DNA of 64,000 nt from Candidatus Acidiferrum sp. (GTDB lineage Bacteria; Acidobacteriota; Terriglobia; Acidiferrales; UBA7541), in NCBI GenBank assembly GCA_035309625.1, contig DATGEY010000027.1:945-64944 (forward strand). Direction: 5' to 3'. The translations under genes and the position numbers were made by a program. The notes beneath the pieces are model-generated. The model was given only the letters and a program-made list of their open reading frames with translations, was not told the origin of the DNA and made no database searches. Within the stretch, counting starts at the first letter, position 1. Each line of letters begins with the position of its first letter. Below, piece after piece: positions 52,289-62,412 of this stretch.

Positions 52289-52364
52289 ACGCGAACCAGT
52301 TTAGCTTGCTGCCGATTTTTCAGCAATCCGGGCGCGGCGGGCTCGCCGGCATCAAAATCGAAAA

Positions 52365-53336
52365 TTACCGAGCCGCGGGCCCCAAGATTCTGGGCATGAA
52401 AAATTCCAGGAACTGATCGGAATTGGAACGCAAGCACACCTGCGCGTTCGGCGCTCCCTGGTCCACGCGGGTAAATCCTTTTTCATCGACGCGGAGGCGC
52501 ATGGGCTGCGCGGGGCACAACTCCGGATGCATGGCGTAGGCCACAGCGACGGCGTCAAACAATGTGGGAGTCAGGCCAGTGGCGCCGGACCATTGGGTGT
52601 AAAGCACCAGCAAGGCATCGGTCAGGTCCGTTCCGGCCTTGAAAAGTTGAGCGCGTTCGAGTTCCTGCAGCTTGATCTGCGTGGAATCGAGCGGCATGAC
52701 ATACAGAGGCAGCCCGGATGTGAATACCTTCTGGGCCGCTGGGATGTCGCAGATGATATTCCACTCCGGGTCGGGGCCGTGAGTCTTGCCGTAATTAAAC
52801 TGGGCGTAGCCGCGATAGACCGAGCCGCCCATGATGACGATCCGCTTGAGCTTGCGGAAGGTGACGGGGTCGCGATCCATGGTCGCGCCGAGGTTGGTTT
52901 CCGGGCCGATGGAGATTAACGTGATTTCGCCAGGGTGTAGACGTATTTGTTGCAAAAGAAAGTCGACCGCATCGGGATACTTCTGATCGGCAGGCCAGCC
53001 CTGCGCGTAAGGAGCCTGGGTAAAGCCATCGGTCTTGCCGGTGGCGATGCCCATGACAACCGGAATGTCTGAGCGGCCATTTTCCTTCAGAAAACGGCTC
53101 AGCAAGCGTGCGCGAAGACGGGTGTCGCCAAAGGCGCTGGAGATGCCGAGAATGTGGAACTCGGGACTGCGCAGGGCGAGGGCAACGGCGAAGGCGTCGT
53201 CGATGTCGTTGCCGATGTCGGTATCGATGATAATTTTTTCGAAGGCAGGGGACTGCGGCGAGGGAGTCGCGGCCTGCGCATAAACAGATGTTTGAAACAG
53301 GGTGCAAAGTACGAAAATGGCTATTACTGCGCGCAT
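52365..53336 (-). CDS. Inosine-uridine nucleoside hydrolase family protein with Sec signal peptide
   Basis: DTDIGNDIDD, GPETN, MGG, EWNI..D motifs; N-terminal signal ending AQA. Confidence 0.87.
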   Translation of the reverse strand: MRAVIAIFVLCTLFQTSVYAQAATPSPQSPAFEKIIIDTDIGNDIDDAFAVALALRSPEFHILGISSAFGDTRLRARLLSRFLKENGRSDIPVVMGIATGKTDGFTQAPYAQGWPADQKYPDAVDFLLQQIRLHPGEITLISIGPETNLGATMDRDPVTFRKLKRIVIMGGSVYRGYAQFNYGKTHGPDPEWNIICDIPAAQKVFTSGLPLYVMPLDSTQIKLQELERAQLFKAGTDLTDALLVLYTQWSGATGLTPTLFDAVAVAYAMHPELCPAQPMRLRVDEKGFTRVDQGAPNAQVCLRSNSDQFLEFFMPRILGPAAR

Positions 53337-53592
53337 GTTAACCCCTCGACTGGACTAACTCGGTCACGGCGCGATGGGCCTGATCGATGGCTACATCGGC
53401 ATAAGCACCGGCGCCGGCGTCAGAATTGTGTCGCGGCGCGGGATGCGGCGATGCATGCCTAATTCGCGATTTCGCCGGTCCTCACTCATTCGCCAAACCC
53501 CTTGCCGTGCGGCGCGACTGGCTGCCGAAAGCTGCTGCGCGCCGGAACGGATGAGAGTAACATCCGTGCACCGTAAAAACACGGAGGATCGC

Positions 53593-54084
53593 ATGTCCAT
53601 CGTTACACGGAAATCGCGCCGCTGGTTCGCGGCGACCGCACTGGCAACTTTTCCCTTAATCGCACTATCTGCAGGCTCGCGTCCAACGCACGGCAGCGCC
53701 GCGCAGCAACCAGGCGCCGGCGAGAAACCCTACGCCATCGAGTACTACTACAAGGTGAAGTGGGGCCACGCCGACGAATTTATCGCGCTGTTCAAGAAGA
53801 ATCACTACCCGCTGCTGAAGAAAGAAATCGAACTGGGGCGCATCGTGAAAGTGTTTGCCGAAGTGCCCCGCTATCACGCCACCGAGGATGGCCGCTGGGA
53901 TTTTCGTACCACCATCGTGTTCAAGAACGCGCAGATCGCTAACGATAACTTCGAGTCCGCGCCGCTGCTGAAACAACTGTTTCCGGACCAGGACGCTTAC
54001 CAAAAGGAAGAGCAGCGCCGGTTCGAGATTCTGGACGCGCACTGGGACCTGCCGGTCAAGGATTACGACCTCGATTCCCGCTAA
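53593..54084 (+). CDS. Exported hypothetical protein
   Basis: GGAGG RBS; SRRWF plus hydrophobic signal; conserved-looking EYYYKVKWG, NHYP, RRFEIL.AHWD. Confidence 0.7.
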   Translation: MSIVTRKSRRWFAATALATFPLIALSAGSRPTHGSAAQQPGAGEKPYAIEYYYKVKWGHADEFIALFKKNHYPLLKKEIELGRIVKVFAEVPRYHATEDGRWDFRTTIVFKNAQIANDNFESAPLLKQLFPDQDAYQKEEQRRFEILDAHWDLPVKDYDLDSR

Positions 54085-54156
54085 ATCGCGGGCCGCGATG
54101 CGGCAGGGCAACGTCGCGGGCTCCCTAAGCGTCGTACAATAACGCCTGGAGCGATC

Positions 54157-54594
54157 ATGGCCGATTACACCGAAGAACACGCCCGCGCGGGCATCGACGC
54201 AAAGCTTCCGGCGCTGGACACCTGGCCCAACCAGTTTCCGGGCTACATTATCACCACGAAATTTCCGGAGTATTCCTCGGTGTGCCCCAAGACCGGGCTG
54301 CCCGACTTCGGCACCATCACCATCCAATACATGCCGCGCAAGGATTGCCTCGAGCTGAAGGCGCTGAAAATGTACCTGCTGGCCTATCGCGACCTGGGAA
54401 TTTTTTACGAAAATGCGGTGAACAAGATTTTGCGCGAGGTGGTGGCCGCCGTACAGCCGGAATGGTGCGTGGTCCGCGGGGAATTCACCCCTCGCGGCGG
54501 CCTGAGCACCACCATTTTCTCGCGTTGGCCGGCGCCCAACCCAGGCGGGAAGGCCTCCGGGGCCCGGCGTGCCAAGCAGAAACGCAGCCGCTAA
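54157..54594 (+). CDS. queF: NADPH-dependent 7-cyano-7-deazaguanine reductase (preQ1 synthase), type I
   Basis: PEYSSVCPKTGLPDFG, LELKALK.Y, F.PRGG. Confidence 0.93.
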   Translation: MADYTEEHARAGIDAKLPALDTWPNQFPGYIITTKFPEYSSVCPKTGLPDFGTITIQYMPRKDCLELKALKMYLLAYRDLGIFYENAVNKILREVVAAVQPEWCVVRGEFTPRGGLSTTIFSRWPAPNPGGKASGARRAKQKRSR

Positions 54595-54672
54595 CGGCAT
54601 ATGGACAGGCGCGTAGGTTGCGAGCGATAATTTCGGATACTCGTACAGGTGGTCAACCTTTCAGGAGGCTGA

Positions 54673-55563
54673 ATGAGCATTTCGCCAAACGTACCTAGCC
54701 CGCAGGAGTCTTATCATTACGAAGGCGCCACCACCGGCACTCCGCGCTGGATCGCCGTGGTTTTTATCGTGCTGTTCCTGGCGCTGGCGGGTCTGGGCTA
54801 TGCCGGTTATTCCGTGCAATCGCGCCTGGATGCCACCCTCTCCAAGGCGCAAGATCAGAACAAATTGCTCAGCGCGGAACTGGATCAGGCCAATTCCCGG
54901 CTGGCCGACCTCAAGGGCCACATCGACGTCACCGAACAGAAAATGCACATGACCCAGGCCGAGCTGGCCAATGCCCGCAGCCGCGCCGAAGCCATTCGCA
55001 AGGACCAGCAAGCCTCGGACCAGAAGCTGGCCGAACAACTGAATGCGGCCACCAAGGAGAGCACCGAGAAGATCAACGCGGTGGCCACTGAAGTGGGCGG
55101 AGCCAAGAAGGACATTGAAGCCACTCGCACCGACCTGGAGGCCACCAAGGGACGCCTGGAGCGCGCTTCCGGCGATATGGGCGTGATGAGCGGACTGATC
55201 GCGCATAACCGCGACGACCTGGAAGAGTTGAAACGGCGCGGTGACCGCAACTACTACGAATTCAAGATCACCAAGAGCAAGACAGCGCAAAAGATCGGTC
55301 CGGTGCAGGTTACCTTGAACAAGACGGACCAGAAAAAATCCAAGTACACCATCACCGTTTTTGTCGACGACCGCTCCATCGAGAAGAAAGACAAGACCGC
55401 GGGCGAGCCGGTGCAATTTTATGTGCGTGGCGGCTCGCGTATGCCGCCCTATGAATTGGTGGTCTTTGAAGTAAACAAAAACCAGATCACTGGCTATCTT
55501 TCGACCCCGAAGGAAGCCGGCGCTCCCGCCGCGCCTGCGCCCGCGGCCACCAAGCCGTCCTAA
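54673..55563 (+). CDS. Membrane-anchored coiled-coil hypothetical protein
   Basis: One TM helix, long heptad region, C-terminal RGDRNYYEF beta-domain. Confidence 0.75.
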   Translation: MSISPNVPSPQESYHYEGATTGTPRWIAVVFIVLFLALAGLGYAGYSVQSRLDATLSKAQDQNKLLSAELDQANSRLADLKGHIDVTEQKMHMTQAELANARSRAEAIRKDQQASDQKLAEQLNAATKESTEKINAVATEVGGAKKDIEATRTDLEATKGRLERASGDMGVMSGLIAHNRDDLEELKRRGDRNYYEFKITKSKTAQKIGPVQVTLNKTDQKKSKYTITVFVDDRSIEKKDKTAGEPVQFYVRGGSRMPPYELVVFEVNKNQITGYLSTPKEAGAPAAPAPAATKPS

Positions 55564-55698
55564 CGGCGCCTTACCCCACGGTTTCGGCACCGCCCTGTTC
55601 CGCGTTCTGGAAACCGGCCGTAGGACAGGGCTTCTGTCTTTTTGCGCACGAGGCTAGCATGGACTTTAGTCGCTGCAAAACCACTAGCTGGAGATCCC

Positions 55699-57450
55699 AT
55701 GAAGTCCACGCGCTCGCTAGTTCCCGCGTATTTCCTTGTCGTCTTCCTGCTGTTCGCCGGCGGCCCCGCCCGGGCGCAAGCTCCTTTGGAGCCGGCGCAA
55801 ATGCCTGCGCGCACTACGTTCTACGTTATCTGGCGCGGCACACCCACTGGCGACGCGAGAAAGTCCAATTCCCTGCTGGCGCTGTGGGATGATCCGGACC
55901 TTGCACCTTTGCGCGCGGAGGCCTTGCAAAATATGCAGAGCAGCTCCCCCAAGGATTCCTCCAAGCCGCAGATGTCTCGCGCCGAAATCGAAGAGACTTC
56001 TTCCCTGCTGGAAAATTCGTTGGTGCTCGGCTATATCGGCAAGCCTGAAACGAAAGCCGCAGCCGCAAAATCAGGCGATCATCCGTGGAACGGACTGTTT
56101 TTTGTTTACGATCGCACCGGCAAGGAAGTGCTGCTGGCTAAAACCATCTTGCGCTTCCGTTCGCAGGAAAAAGAGCCGCCGCAAGCCTCGACCATCACCG
56201 TAGCCGGCGCTCCGGCCCTCAAGCTGGCGCGGAAAGACAGCGTCACGTATTGGACCGAGCGCGGCAAATACGCGGTAGGGGCGGCGGATCTGGGAGTATT
56301 CGAGGAAATTCTTGCGCGCCTCGACCGCAAACCGTCCGCCAGTTCGCTGGCGCAGAACGCCGCGTATCAGGAAGCCCAGCAGATGCTGCGCGGAGGCTTG
56401 CTGGAATTTTTCCTGCGTGTCCCGCAGCTCAAGGATTTTGCCCCGGAAGCTCCAGCGAACGTCCCGATCAAAATTGAGCCCATTCTGACCGCGATCCGGC
56501 TGGATTCCGTTCATTCCCTATCCGGCCATCTGGTGTTGGATGGCGCCAAGGCTCGCATACAGGGCGGCATTCTCGGCGACGTTGCACCGGGCACGCCCTT
56601 CGATCTATGGGGCGCTGGCCAGCAGACGCCCGCGTCACTTTCCTTCGTATCGCCTGACGTGGTGTCCTACAGCGACACACAATTCAATTTTTCCGCCTTC
56701 TACGATTTGCTCAAGCGCGCCGTGCGTGTGGCGCTGCCGCAGCAGCAACAGGGTGGCGCGGAGATGATCGAAGGCCTGGCGGCCACCCGCCTCGGCATGC
56801 CTCTTCCGGACGCGCTGGCGTTGCTCAGCGGCGAAATTGCATCGGTGCAGAACAATCCCGCCATGGACCCGCAGAAAGCGGTGTATTACCTGGGAATTCA
56901 CAATAAACCGGATACGCTCAAGCTGCTGCGCACCATCTTCAGCGACCAACTGGGCTCCGAGCGCAACGAAGGCGACACCACTTTTCTCAAGGTTTCTCTC
57001 GGCGGAGGACAAGGCAGCACCGGGATCGCGCAGTGGAATTTCTATCACCTGGCCGTAACGCCCACGTTCCTGGTGGCCTCCAGCCGCAGTGAAACTCTGC
57101 GCGAATTTCTTGCCAAGGGTTCCGCGGCTAACGGCACAACACCAGCAACATTACCGCCCGCGTTCCAATCCGCGCGCGGGCAATTTCCTGCCACGGTCAA
57201 TGCGCTTTCCTTCATAAACCTGCAAAAGATCGATTATCAGGCGCTGAAAACTCGCTGGATCGAAGAAGCGAAGAAAGCAGCCAAGGCGACAGCGAAGAAG
57301 TCCAGCGACGGCACGGCGCAACCGCCCGCAGGCGAAGCCGAATGGCTACTGAATGTTGACCCGCAGGTCTTCGCGCGCCACTTACACTTCCTCGCCGGGG
57401 CCTCCTGGAAGGATTCCAAAGGCTTACACTTCGACGAATGGCTCGAATAA
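55699..57450 (+). CDS. Secreted hypothetical protein (possibly DUF3352-like)
   Basis: Signal peptide ending ARAQA; 583-aa ORF with typical codon bias; GGAG RBS. Confidence 0.7.
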   Translation: MKSTRSLVPAYFLVVFLLFAGGPARAQAPLEPAQMPARTTFYVIWRGTPTGDARKSNSLLALWDDPDLAPLRAEALQNMQSSSPKDSSKPQMSRAEIEETSSLLENSLVLGYIGKPETKAAAAKSGDHPWNGLFFVYDRTGKEVLLAKTILRFRSQEKEPPQASTITVAGAPALKLARKDSVTYWTERGKYAVGAADLGVFEEILARLDRKPSASSLAQNAAYQEAQQMLRGGLLEFFLRVPQLKDFAPEAPANVPIKIEPILTAIRLDSVHSLSGHLVLDGAKARIQGGILGDVAPGTPFDLWGAGQQTPASLSFVSPDVVSYSDTQFNFSAFYDLLKRAVRVALPQQQQGGAEMIEGLAATRLGMPLPDALALLSGEIASVQNNPAMDPQKAVYYLGIHNKPDTLKLLRTIFSDQLGSERNEGDTTFLKVSLGGGQGSTGIAQWNFYHLAVTPTFLVASSRSETLREFLAKGSAANGTTPATLPPAFQSARGQFPATVNALSFINLQKIDYQALKTRWIEEAKKAAKATAKKSSDGTAQPPAGEAEWLLNVDPQVFARHLHFLAGASWKDSKGLHFDEWLE

Positions 57451-57452
57451 AA

Positions 57453-57546
57453 GTAGGACAGCCACTTTGACTGTCCGAAGGATTTGGGGGCGGACCCTTA
57501 GGTCCGACAGGGAATCGCGGCTACTGACCGGCTTTAGCCGCTGAGG
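57453..57546 (+). repeat. Cluster of three REP-like hairpins
   Basis: GTAGGACAGCCACTTTGACTGTCC; CGGACC-CTTA-GGTCCG; GCGGCTA...TAGCCGC. Confidence 0.55.
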
Positions 57547-57571
57547 AAACTCTTTTATTCTTTTCTCCGGA

Positions 57572-58546
57572 GTGAACAGACGCTTGCAACGCAAACCGTA
57601 CACGCTGTCATTGCTCCTCGTCCTGGTGCTTACCGCTTGTGACGCTCAATCTCAGCAACCGCCGCCCATCCGCGTCAACGTCAGCCGCGTTAACGTCGGG
57701 GTTACCGTCACCGACGCCGCCGGCCACTTCGTCGAAGGCCTCCGCCGCGAAGACTTCCAAGTCTTCGACAACGATGTCGAACAACCCATCACCGATTTCC
57801 TATCCCTCGAAGAGCCGGCCCAGCTTCTGCTGCTCATCGAATCCGGCCCGGCCGTTATTTTTCTCGGCAAGAACCATCTGCTGGCCGCCGACACGCTGCT
57901 CACCACGATCGCTCCGACCGATTACGTGGCCATCGCCAGCTACTCGAAAGCGCCGCGCCTGCTGCTCGACTTCACCGCCAACAAAGCCGCCGCGCGCGCC
58001 GCGCTGGACAACATCAATTTCGCGAATGACTTCGCCGATCTAAATCTCTCTGCCAGTCTTGGCATGGCCATTGACTGGCTCGCGCGCCGCCCCGGCAAAA
58101 AAACCATCGTGCTGCTTACCACCGGCGTGGACACCTCGCCGCTGGATGATCCGCAAGCGATCCAGCGCAAGCTGCTGATTTCTGATGTGCGCATACTGGC
58201 TGTCTCGCTGACCGGCGACTTCCGCCGGCCCGCGCCCGCCAAGCGCAAAAAATCTTCCTCGCAAGCGCGCGCTAACCGCGCCGCTGTGCAGGAGGGATTC
58301 GCGGAGGCCGACCGGTCTCTCCGCGAACTCTCTGCGCTCACCGGGGGCCGGGTCTATTTTCCCAGCGATGCCGATGAATTCGCCCGCGCTTACACCGAAA
58401 TCGCCCAGCTGATTCGCCACGAATATAGCCTGGCGTTCGCCCCGCCGGCCGCCGACGGCCAGCTACACTCCCTCAAGGTCACAGTAAAAGATCCCACGTA
58501 TCACGTAGACCACCGCCAAGCATACCTCGCCCCGCCTCCGGCTTGA
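57572..58546 (+). CDS. VWA-domain protein (VWFA-related acidobacterial type), probable lipoprotein
   Basis: LTAC lipobox; V.VTD..G.FV.GL..EDF.V, KK.IVLLT.G.D, TGG, EYSLAF motifs. Confidence 0.85.
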   Translation: MNRRLQRKPYTLSLLLVLVLTACDAQSQQPPPIRVNVSRVNVGVTVTDAAGHFVEGLRREDFQVFDNDVEQPITDFLSLEEPAQLLLLIESGPAVIFLGKNHLLAADTLLTTIAPTDYVAIASYSKAPRLLLDFTANKAAARAALDNINFANDFADLNLSASLGMAIDWLARRPGKKTIVLLTTGVDTSPLDDPQAIQRKLLISDVRILAVSLTGDFRRPAPAKRKKSSSQARANRAAVQEGFAEADRSLRELSALTGGRVYFPSDADEFARAYTEIAQLIRHEYSLAFAPPAADGQLHSLKVTVKDPTYHVDHRQAYLAPPPA

Positions 58547-58557
58547 GACCATCCTTC

Positions 58558-58581
58558 GTAGAGCGCAGCACCCCTGAGCCC
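58558..58581 (+). repeat. Degenerate GTAG REP-like copy
   Basis: GTAGAGCGCAGCACCCCTGAGCCC just after the VWA gene stop. Confidence 0.45.
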
Positions 58582-58756
58582 GATCTCGGCACGATGGGAA
58601 CATTGCACTCTCAGGTTTGGATTTCACGCCGAACAGAACCGCGACGTTCGATAGCGCCGCTCGACCACAGCCGAGTATAGTTTGTCTCAACTTCCTGGAA
58701 ACAAGCGGGACGGGACCATCGTTCCCGAGCTACGAGCGGTTTCACTCAAAAAAGAC

Positions 58757-61222
58757 TCACTCAAAGCCTTTCATCATCTGAGCCATTTTGGTTAGGCGCT
58801 CATTCACCTTGGCGAATACGGTGCCGGTTTGAAACGAGCCGTCGCCGTTGCAGCATCCGGCGGTCATGCCTGTCAGAATCTCGATGCCCTCTTCTATTTT
58901 TGCCACTGGCCAGATGTGGAATTTGCCTGCCGCCACGGCTTCCAAAATATCCTCGCGCAGCATCAAGTCTTCGACGTTCGACGCCGGAATCATTACGCCT
59001 TGCGTTCCGCTCAAGCCGGCGATGCGGCACACATCGAAAAATCCTTCGATCTTCTCGTTCACGCCGCCAATCGCCTGAATATCGCCCTGCTGGTTCATCG
59101 AGCCGGTAACCGCAATGTCTTGCCGCAGCGGCAACTCCGCGAGCGCCGAGATTAGCGCGTAAATCTCCGTCGAGCTGGCGCTATCCCCGTCCACTCCTGA
59201 ATACGACTGCTCGAAGCAGATGCTGGCGGCCAGCGATAACGGCTTGTCCTGCGCGAACCGGCTCCTTAAATACCCGGAAATTATGTGTACACCCTTGTCG
59301 TGAAACCGCCCGCTCAGATTCGATTCGCGCTCAATATTAATGACGCCCGATTTCCCCAGCGCTGCCGTGGAAGTAATCCGAACCGGCTTGCCAAACGAAT
59401 AGCCGCCAATCTCCAGCACGCTGAGCCCATTCACCTGCCCGACGCGCTTCCCTTCCAAATCCACCAGCAGTGTTCCCTCCTCGATCATTTCGCGGATGCG
59501 CGTCTCAATCAGGTTGTGCCGCTCCATCTTCGCGGAAAGCGCCAGGCGCACATGCGCCGCCCGCACCACGTTTTCGCCGGCCGCAGCGGCGGCGTAGTGC
59601 GCCTCACGCGCCAAATCCGCAATGTCCACAAACCGCGCGGTTACCTTGTTGCGCCGGCCGGCCTGCCGCACGCCATATTCCAGGATCGCCGCAAACGCTC
59701 CGCGGTCCAGCGGCGAAAGTCCTTCCTTCTCGCACAGCGCGCGCAATCGCCCGGCATATTCCGCGATCACGCCGTCGCTCATGTGCATCTCTTCGTCAAA
59801 TTCCACGCGGACCTTGAAAATCTTGCGGAAGTCCTCTTCGTATTCGTAGAGCAACTCATACAGTTGCCGGTCGCCGATCAAAATCACTTTCACATTGATT
59901 TCCACCGCTTCCGGCTTCAGCGCGCTGCCGCCAAACGGATAAAACATCTCGAGCGGCTGAATTTCCAACCGGTTGTGGTTCAGCGTGCGTTTCAGCGCCC
60001 GCCACACGCCCACCTCGCTCAGCGCCTCCAGCGAATACATGATCAGGAATCCGCCGTCGGCCCGCAGCAGCGAGCCGCCGCGCAAATCCATGAAGTCGCT
60101 GGTCCAGCCGCCCCGCGCGTCGTACGCGCGCTGGATGGTTCCGAACAAATTCGCGTAGGTCGGAGTGGTCTCGAAGATTACCGGCGAGCCCTCTTCATCG
60201 CCATGCGCCAGAATCACATTCACGCCGTACACCCGGAAGGGATCGCGCTCCTGCGCCCCCGGAGGCTTGGGCGCGCCATCCGGCGGCGGCTCCGGACCCT
60301 CCTGTTCGGCCTCGCCTTCGCGCTCCTTGAAGGGATCGAGATTGTCCAGCAAGTGATGCCGCACCTCTTCCAGATATTCCGCCACACTGGCGCCCGGATA
60401 TTTTTCCTTCAGCTCCTCGATCACGCCATCCACCAGCACCGAGGCCGCTTCCTGCTCCAAGTAACTCAGCTCGCTGGCCAACTCACGCGACAACGTCAGC
60501 GTCTTGCGGTACACCACCGTAAATTCCTGCCGGAACTGCTCGTACTTGCGCTCGATCTCTTCGGCCACCGGAGCATCCAGTTTGCCCTCGTGCACCATTT
60601 TCGAAATATCCTCGATGGGCACCATCTGCCCTTCGAGCACCGGAAAGATTTCCGGCAGCGCCACCGCGCCCACTTGCATGTGCCCCAGCGCAAACTGCTC
60701 GCGGGCAATGCGCCGGGTGAAATCGTCCATCAATTCTTTCTCGCGCACGGTGAAGCGCTCGACGATCCTCCCCTTTTGCCGTTGAAAGGGTTCGCCTTCG
60801 AACACCTGCGGAATTCGCCGGCGCAAGAAATCAATTCCGGCCTGCATATCCTTCTTGAAGGAATTGGCCTGCCCGCGCGGCAGCGCCAGCAACCGCGGCC
60901 GGTCGGTAATCTTGAAATTGTTGACGTAGCAGCGATCCAGCGACGTCTTGGTCTTGGGATGCAGCTCCTCAATCATGTGCGCAATGGTGCCGCCGCGGCT
61001 GGTCCCGGCCAGCCCGCACACAAACACGTTGTAGCCCGGCGCGGAAAGTTCCACGCCCATTTTCAGCGCGCGCAACGCTCGCTCCTGCCCGATGAAGCCT
61101 TCGCGCAGTTCGGCCTGCGCCGTGGTTTCGAAGGGTAAGCGCGCCGGCTCACACCTCCAGCGCAATTTTTCCGGAGGCAACTCCGGATGCGCGGACGCCG
61201 GTTTGTAGCCGTTGACACTCAT
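58757..61222 (-). CDS. Lon-family S16 protease (LonB/LonC-like)
   Basis: GQERA, GSLLRADGG, GQVNGL, DGDSAS catalytic Ser, GGVNEKIEG catalytic Lys; ATG at 61222. Confidence 0.9.
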   Translation of the reverse strand: MSVNGYKPASAHPELPPEKLRWRCEPARLPFETTAQAELREGFIGQERALRALKMGVELSAPGYNVFVCGLAGTSRGGTIAHMIEELHPKTKTSLDRCYVNNFKITDRPRLLALPRGQANSFKKDMQAGIDFLRRRIPQVFEGEPFQRQKGRIVERFTVREKELMDDFTRRIAREQFALGHMQVGAVALPEIFPVLEGQMVPIEDISKMVHEGKLDAPVAEEIERKYEQFRQEFTVVYRKTLTLSRELASELSYLEQEAASVLVDGVIEELKEKYPGASVAEYLEEVRHHLLDNLDPFKEREGEAEQEGPEPPPDGAPKPPGAQERDPFRVYGVNVILAHGDEEGSPVIFETTPTYANLFGTIQRAYDARGGWTSDFMDLRGGSLLRADGGFLIMYSLEALSEVGVWRALKRTLNHNRLEIQPLEMFYPFGGSALKPEAVEINVKVILIGDRQLYELLYEYEEDFRKIFKVRVEFDEEMHMSDGVIAEYAGRLRALCEKEGLSPLDRGAFAAILEYGVRQAGRRNKVTARFVDIADLAREAHYAAAAAGENVVRAAHVRLALSAKMERHNLIETRIREMIEEGTLLVDLEGKRVGQVNGLSVLEIGGYSFGKPVRITSTAALGKSGVINIERESNLSGRFHDKGVHIISGYLRSRFAQDKPLSLAASICFEQSYSGVDGDSASSTEIYALISALAELPLRQDIAVTGSMNQQGDIQAIGGVNEKIEGFFDVCRIAGLSGTQGVMIPASNVEDLMLREDILEAVAAGKFHIWPVAKIEEGIEILTGMTAGCCNGDGSFQTGTVFAKVNERLTKMAQMMKGFE

Positions 61223-61263
61223 CTGCGCCGGGTACTCTAGCACACGGACAATACCCCGCACGT

Positions 61264-62352
61264 TTATTTGGCTGCTGTCTGTTGCACAGGAAGCGCAGCT
61301 TGCCTATCGCGATGCTCCGCATACACCCGGAACACGCCCATCGCCGCCGCCACAATCGCCGGACCGATCACCAATCCCAGCAAGCCGAACACTTCCAATC
61401 CTCCGAGCACGCCCAGAAAAAGCAAAAGCTCGTTGAGGTGCGTGCGATTCCGCAGCAACAGCGGCCGCACGATGTTGTCGGCCACTCCCGCCACCCCGCC
61501 GCAAATCGCCAGCACCGCCAGCGCTTTGCCCCAATGCCCGGTGACCGCCAGAAACAGCGCCGCCGGTCCCCAAATCAGCGCCGAGCCTACCACCGGCACC
61601 AGCGAGAAAAACGCAATCAGCACCGCCCAGAAAATCGGCGCGGAAATTCCCCCGATGGTAAACGCCAGCCCTCCCAGTGCGCCTTGCAGCAACGCAATCA
61701 CCAGCGCCACGGCCACGCTGGCGAAAATCAGATCGCGCGACTCCCGCAGCATGTCCTCCTGAATCTCTTCGTCAAAGGGCGCCAGGTGGCTGGCCCCGCG
61801 CACGATTTCATCGCCGTCGCGAAACATGAAGAACAGCGCAAAAATCAGAATGAACAGATCCACGAAAAAGGTGAACAAATTCTTCACCAAGCCAGCCAGG
61901 CGGCCGGCCAGAAACGTCGCAATTCTTTCCGCGCCCTGGCGCAAGGGCTGCGAGAAATCGGTGCCCTGCCAGGCCTGCGGAAGCTGATGCCGCACCCAAT
62001 CCACCGCGTGCGATTGCAACGCGCGGTCCGGATCGGTCAATGCCGTCTGTAGACGCGCCGTGGCGTCGATGGCCTGCCGAGCGGTGTAAAACAGCACCAC
62101 CAGTGCGGGCACGATGAGCAATAGTGTCACGCCCAGCGTGCTGACCAGCGCCGCACGATTGGGCCGCAGTTTGCGCAAAATCCGTTCATGCACCGGATAA
62201 AAGAAGATGGCCAGCACCGCGGACCACGCCAGGGGTGCCAGAAACGGCTCCAAAATGCGAAATACCAGGTAAATCAGCAATAGCAGCGCCCCGTACGAAA
62301 GTACGGTAGTCAACCGGTCACTGGTGGTCTTCAGAGAGGTCATGGGCGTCAT
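61264..62352 (-). CDS. AI-2E family transporter
   Basis: FFMFRDG, LQG, PVVGSALIW, DNIVRP, GLLGLVIGP. Confidence 0.9.
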   Translation of the reverse strand: MTPMTSLKTTSDRLTTVLSYGALLLLIYLVFRILEPFLAPLAWSAVLAIFFYPVHERILRKLRPNRAALVSTLGVTLLLIVPALVVLFYTARQAIDATARLQTALTDPDRALQSHAVDWVRHQLPQAWQGTDFSQPLRQGAERIATFLAGRLAGLVKNLFTFFVDLFILIFALFFMFRDGDEIVRGASHLAPFDEEIQEDMLRESRDLIFASVAVALVIALLQGALGGLAFTIGGISAPIFWAVLIAFFSLVPVVGSALIWGPAALFLAVTGHWGKALAVLAICGGVAGVADNIVRPLLLRNRTHLNELLLFLGVLGGLEVFGLLGLVIGPAIVAAAMGVFRVYAEHRDRQAALPVQQTAAK

Positions 62353-62412
62353 GCGCGGTATATAATCCTAGAGGATAGAGCGGACGCTGCAGTCGCGAGG
62401 CCGTATGCCAGG

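Noticed and set aside
54085-54156. preQ1 riboswitch upstream of queF
   Set aside because: No preQ1-I stem-loop with an A-rich tail; only a short GC palindrome is present
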